DNA of 64,000 bases, from assembly GCF_001949145.1 (NCBI RefSeq), contig NW_019091361.1, positions 1,494,374 to 1,558,373 of the forward strand, given 5' to 3'. Positions within the stretch are counted from its first letter, which is position 1. Each line of letters starts with the position of its first letter. Of the stretch, positions 58,301 to 64,000 are shown piece by piece. Both the position numbers and the translations under genes were made by a program. Source of the stretch: Acanthaster planci (lineage: Eukaryota). Below the pieces are notes generated by a model that ran no database searches, was not told where the DNA came from, and worked only from the letters and a program-made list of their open reading frames with translations.

Positions 58301-61054
58301 GTGCACCAACAGGTCTGCCTCAGAAATTTTGGTAGTTAAGCTACTGGGGAGGGGTACTTTTACCCAAACTATTTTGTAATATATAATTGGACAATTCAGT
58401 TTCTGTGTAGTAAGAAAGCGCGGGGGGGGGGGAGGAAGCTATCATCAAACGAACCACATGGGTAACAGAACAGAAAAGAATGGCTGGATTGAGACGGCAA
58501 GAAGCTGACACTACACTTCAACTGTTTGAATCTAACTTTAGTGAAATTTTCTGTCATTCAACTAAAACACAAACTACTTTTACCCTATTGTAAACAGGAA
58601 AGCCTCTTCATATTAGTAATGCAAAGCTGGCATTTACATGTATCCCAAAAGTTTTTCCCAAATATGGTGCTTAAATACCTATATGTTGTTGAATGCATGC
58701 ATACGTATTCCACACTGTTCCTCACATTCAGCTGTTAAAAAAGACATGTACACATGTACCACATACATCCTACTGTGTAAGTAGAAATTTAAAGTTTCCT
58801 GTTACTATTTTTAAAGTCTGATTAAACAGTTTTACAGTACCAAATTTCCCTCTTCACGATAGAATTGCTTTTCACAATACATGCATTATGAAAACTATAC
58901 ATCTAGTGATTATTTACAAAATTGGGCAACAAATTATTACCATCATCACCAATATTAACAAGTGTTTTCCAAAAGCTGTTCTTGAACAATAATTCTCTTG
59001 TATTAAAAAAAAATCAGCCGTTAAGTCAGATCCGGTAAAAAATAATTCACATTGTTTTATTAAAATCTTTACACATATATGGCATCATTTTAAAATCTGA
59101 ACACGTATACAAAAAGGTGTCATTAAAAAATGCTTTTTACAGATGTTAAGTCACATGCATGACCTACACGTAATTAAAGAATTTGTACTGAATTAAACAT
59201 GTGTAATTTCATCTCTTTAAAAACTACTCTACTACATGTACATAAAATAATTAACTACATGTAGATTATTTAAATATGTCTTCATGCTGGTTTAACTCTC
59301 AATCATAAGGAAAACCATCAATTCTCATCCACACTGAATGAGCACTTAGTTGATGTTTTCTTTCAGTTTCCAATATGTTGGAAGTGGTCCAAAGATTACT
59401 GTAACCAATGCCAAACACACTCTGGCCAGCTACACCTTGACGATAAAAGGCATGGTATTTTGAATGGTTAATTAGGCTATGCTTGGCAACAAAACCCCCC
59501 TCTGCTCTAGCTCAGTAGGCTTGGTTCCAAGACGTCCTTTACTGTGCCATGTTTAAGCGCACACAAAGTCACTGGACTGTACAATATGATTCATCAAAGT
59601 GGGCACTCTGTTCATGCAAGTCAGGGCCGCAAAGAGGGGGACTTTTCCAGTGAATCACGGCACGGTCAGCAAAGACCAAGAAAGGGCATCTGGGAACTAA
59701 GACTATCTCCCAAATAGTTTTTTAAAGACAAGAATCGTTAATGATATGCCCATCAGCTTTAATTTCTTGGCATACACGCCCTTTATACAAACAGAAGATT
59801 TCGTATCTGTAACAAAGCAATTTATGAATACAAAACTTCACAATGCCACAATATTTCCAATTTTATATCCATGACAATGTAATCAATGAGTGTGCTGTGG
59901 TATTGTGACCATTACTGTGCTTTGTGCATGTCATTTTAACCACGGACCCTCCAAGGTCCGTGTTTTAACAAACTGAACTGTACAATGCATTACAGAGACT
60001 TCAACCTTCTCTAAAATGTGCACATTCGAATCTAACTAAACACTTCTCAAAAAAAGTTGAAGAACCACATTTAATTTTGTGTACACTTTTTTCAAATGAG
60101 ATATTTTACTGCTAAAAATGTGCATTTGATGTTTTGAAACATTTTTAAAAATTTTTATTTCAATGAGATCATCATCTAGACAAACTAAAAATGAAAGAAC
60201 CAGACCCCACTCATTGCTTGGAACAAAATTACAAGTTAAGAAAAAAGTAGTCCTTATCTGTGTTTGAGTAACATATTCAGACTGCACTTGATTTGGTACC
60301 TTCCTATGCGCCAATTCTCAAGACACTCAAATACATGTACCTCTCTTTTCCGTCTTCATCACAGACACACGTTTATATTCCCAACCTAGCGTTGACATTC
60401 CTTTGTTTTTGAATACATACTTCAGAATGCTCAGTGAAAATACTGCTTTTTGGTGCACTTGACTGCTCTTTAAGCTGATTCTCGTCATTGGTTTCCTTCA
60501 TCGTTCCTTTTGCTTTTGAATAGACCTAACCCAGATATGCCCCTAAACTGTTTCCAGCGGGGGGGGGGGGGAATTATGTGGACCTGGCTTAGTCCACACA
60601 CTGTTTGCACAATCTACATCATATGGACTTCTTTTGATGACAGGTCCACATGTGAGGCTGGCATATACCGTCAATTTGTAACTTCACTCAAAACTGTTGA
60701 CACATCTCAAACCCCACAGGAAGACAAGAACCTGGGTACTAGCTGTAACTTAAAATCTCAGTAAATGCCCCCTCTAAAATTACACATATCAGCGACGGAT
60801 TTTACAATGTTATTTTGGGGCACGGAAAACTGTAAGAGCATGTAGCCATGGTAACACATACCCAACTGGATTTGATTTCCAATACTTTTAAATGTATATT
60901 CCATCATACCGCCTTATGATCTGTTAAAAACATAATCTCTTCTTTGGCTTTCCTGTTGGCATTATATGATGTCAGTGCACTCCTTGTTGAAGACTCAGCC
61001 TCTTCTCCTGTTGTGAGATGATGATCAGAAGTGGGTGTGTGTTGGCATGCCAGA

Positions 61055-62507
61055 TCATTCTGCCTGTGTAGCCTGCTGGATGGGCTGAGCCTCTACGCTC
61101 TGCTCGGTTTCCACAGTGGGCGGGCTCGGAGGTGCCGCTCTGGGCCTGATGGGCGTCTTCCACTCCCCCGTGTGGAGCCGTTTCATCATTATCACCGCAT
61201 TTGTTACGGCCTGTGTGGAAGCAAAGAAGGATGGCTATTTATGGAAAGCCTTTCTTAAAGACTGGAGCCACAGTGCCGCAGCAATATTGACCAATAAGCA
61301 CATGTACTCCCATCACCACTTCACTCCTGTGGAAGGCTGCCAATGCAGTACGTCCAGTTGAGTCAAACACAAACAGCCCAATAACATACATACATAGGAC
61401 CCCATGTGTATCCATTTACTTCTGGGCTGGAAGAAGCAATAAATTGTGACAAGTTGTATTACTATCTAGACACAAACACAGCACAAACACAAGACACAAA
61501 CTGGCGTGGGGGAGGGCACATTTAACAGGTGCTATGATGGGGCGGGGCTTCATGGCCTATCTAGTGATGGCTGCTTCCCCTCCCACTTTGAACATCGTTC
61601 CGCCGCCTTTGGTACTGGACTCAAAGCAGCAAACTTGTAAAGGTGCTCATAAGATCTTGGTCTAGCATGACAGGCCACACCACGGTGCACTAGTAATGGC
61701 ATCGGATGTTTGACGTACCAGGAGGAGGGGGGGGCTCAAAATCAAATAAATAACCAATTTACAGGAACTACTTCCGTGTACATTAGTGAAAAATTGAGCT
61801 CCATACGCCGTGCCACAGGCCAACAATTGTGCACACATGCAGCTATGAATTGACAAATACATGTACAGGCTCCCAAGATTTACGTTTACGCCTGCGCCAA
61901 TTTTTCAGTTAACTAGTGCCTGCAAATTTTCTTCTCCAGTTTGGTTAACTGTACAGGCAAGAGAGAAGTCAAATTTGTCCACAGCTGTTCCCTGTAGCAC
62001 AATGCTTTTCAAGTGCACTAAATTTCAGATGCACTATTCACATCATAAATAAAACCCCAAGAAATACATGGTGTACATGGGGAAGATTTCGCTGTCAGGA
62101 AAACTGGCTAAGAGTTTAAGGGACTCACTTTTGAGAATCTTTCAACAAAGTTTCTCTTCCCAACAATATTGTAATACATATGTGGTCCCAGAACACAATC
62201 AACAAGATCTAAGGCACTCTATTAATAATCCAACTCATGATGTGCCTACTGCACTACATGTACACGTACGTTTTCAAGGTGAGGCCGAACTGAATTTTCC
62301 TGTGAGGGACAAATTTGTTGCTGCAGCAGCCCATTATCCAAACAGCTCTCTTACCTTAAGCTTTCTCTTGGCATTGAATTCCTTGATGTTCTCTGCCAAC
62401 TGTAGTGGTGCCTTGCTGACAGTGCCCTTGACCCATGGATGCTCCAAGGCCTGTGCAGCAGTCAGTCTCTTATTCCTGTCTAGGACTAGTAAGCTCTCGA
62501 TGAAAAT
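61055..62507 (-). CDS. CAMK4: Last two coding exons of a Ca2+/calmodulin-dependent protein kinase (CaMKIV-like); the gene continues beyond the window end
   Basis: Exon 62507-62355 encodes IFIESLLVLDRNKRLTAAQALEHPWVKG..NIKEFNAKRKLK (kinase subdomain XI plus autoinhibitory/CaM-binding segment). It splices phase 0 to exon 61210-61055, AVTNAVIMMKRL..QATQAE*. The FNAxRKLK|A pattern fits CaMKIV (CaMKII has FNARRKLKG). Confidence 0.75.
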
Positions 62508-63097
62508 CTGAACAGAGGGGGGAAATAAACGATGGCAAAAAAATTGAGAATTCAAAGGACTGGAAAGCTCTTGGTGAAGCTCTGACAGAAGGGAGGAAAT
62601 AAAAATGTCAACAAACTCTGCAGTCTGTTCTAAACCAGTTTAGTAACTTCTGAGATGGGACACATTGGAAAGTGCCCACCATCAGGCACTTTGCCTCACC
62701 CCTTTTTATTTTAATTGCATGCAAATATTTACATCAAGCACAAAAAGCAGGTTGCCTCCCTTCACACAAATTAGTTTAACCCCCTGTTCCCCCTGATATA
62801 AGCTAGGCCCTCCAACAACCTCCAACCTCATTTCCTCAACATGACCTTTGTGGTGTTTTGTATGATTCTAGGACATGGATATACTATACAAGTTCGCATG
62901 TACTGTACTAGTTCCACAGGTGTGGGGACCTCGCACGTATTGAAACGCAAATTTTGTGTGAACCAAAAATGTTAGGAGGAAACACTTTTGTCCCCCCCCT
63001 CCCACACTCACTCTGACTTTCCTAACAAAAGAAATTCCCTCAATGGGGTGATGACTTATCCAAATGTACTGGCATCACAGCTATGGGGACAACACAA

Positions 63098-63263
63098 TAT
63101 GGGTGATTCACAATAGTGTGCCTCCAAGAGTTAGCAAAGCGTTGGCCAATCACAACAAGCGAAATCTGTCAACCCTTGCCAAATGGGGTTGACAGATTTT
63201 GCGCATCGTGATTGGTCAACGTGTTTCCAACTCTTAGAGGCGCACTATTGCAAATCGCTTGTA
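63098..63263. mobile_element. Palindromic MITE family A, copy 5, in the kinase intron
   Basis: TATGGGTGATTCACAATAGTGTGCCTCCAAGAG...CTCTTAGAGGCGCACTATTGCAAATCGCTTGTA; TA at both ends. Confidence 0.85.
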
Positions 63264-64000
63264 TTGTTGAACAATAGTTATTTGGGGGTAAATTCAGTAT
63301 CGAGACAATGTTTGTCCCCACAGCCTCGTTCCAACATTTCCAATCAAGAGAAACCGTCCCTCAATTCAGATCACCAGAGTACAGGTGTGGACAGGCTAGG
63401 ACAAGCTATGGAGGGACTGAGAATAGATGCCTTTCAAGTCTCAATTTGTAACTTCCCTAATCAAAAATACTTCACAATACCATTACATTTAAAAGTTTTA
63501 CAGAGACAACATGTACGTACATGTACATGTACACGTGCTTTGCATCATGCACCCTGGCATGTGTTTAATCTTTACAACAGGGAACATTGAGCTGTTGTTA
63601 TGCCTTTTACTAAAGCAAATTAAAAATCCAATTGATTTAAGATTCCACGGAGACTCTGAAGTAAACATCCATTTCAAATTTGAAATATGGTTCGGATATC
63701 AGCCTGTAACAAATTTTCTTTTCAAGGGCAGAGCATGATATAATGCTGATGACCACCAGACAAAATTCATACAAGTTGTATCGATTCAAATTTCCACGTC
63801 CATTTGTAAATTCCAAATTCTACACCCATCTTAACTTCTTAGGCAAGCTTAGAATCTGCATCAGTTTAAGCATGACCACAGACCCCCCCCACATATACAT
63901 AACATTATCACAGCATTGACACCCAGGGAATAGCAGATCACATGACAATGCAATGGTATTCTATTTCCAACTCCCCCAGAATAGCCTACAAATCAACTGG

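Overview
Eukaryotic (animal) genomic window with GT-AG introns, two assembly gaps and many short non-autonomous transposons. The repeat families and TACATGTA richness suggest a marine invertebrate, possibly an echinoderm (inference). Genes reconstructed by hand with phase-consistent splice sites: the last exon of an unidentified gene (55-326, +); an intronless 3-Ig single-pass membrane protein (12541-14175, +); a complete 6-exon HAX1 (-); a head-to-head 4-exon small heat-shock (alpha-crystallin) gene that appears to carry a signal peptide and an E/R/Q helix (+); a complete 7-coding-exon PRCC (-); a divergent acidic low-complexity nuclear-type gene (+); and the last two exons of a CaMKIV-like kinase (-). 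The most striking feature is a 2.4-kb double-BEN-domain exon plus a 105-nt phase-0 exon lying inside PRCC intron 3 on the same strand. Both are frame-compatible with PRCC exons 1-3, which predicts a ~965-aa PRCC-BEN alternative product. Also present are a Penelope-like inverted repeat with degenerate hammerhead-ribozyme cores, a tRNA-derived SINE, and several MITE families (TA-, TTAA- and 4-bp-TSD types).
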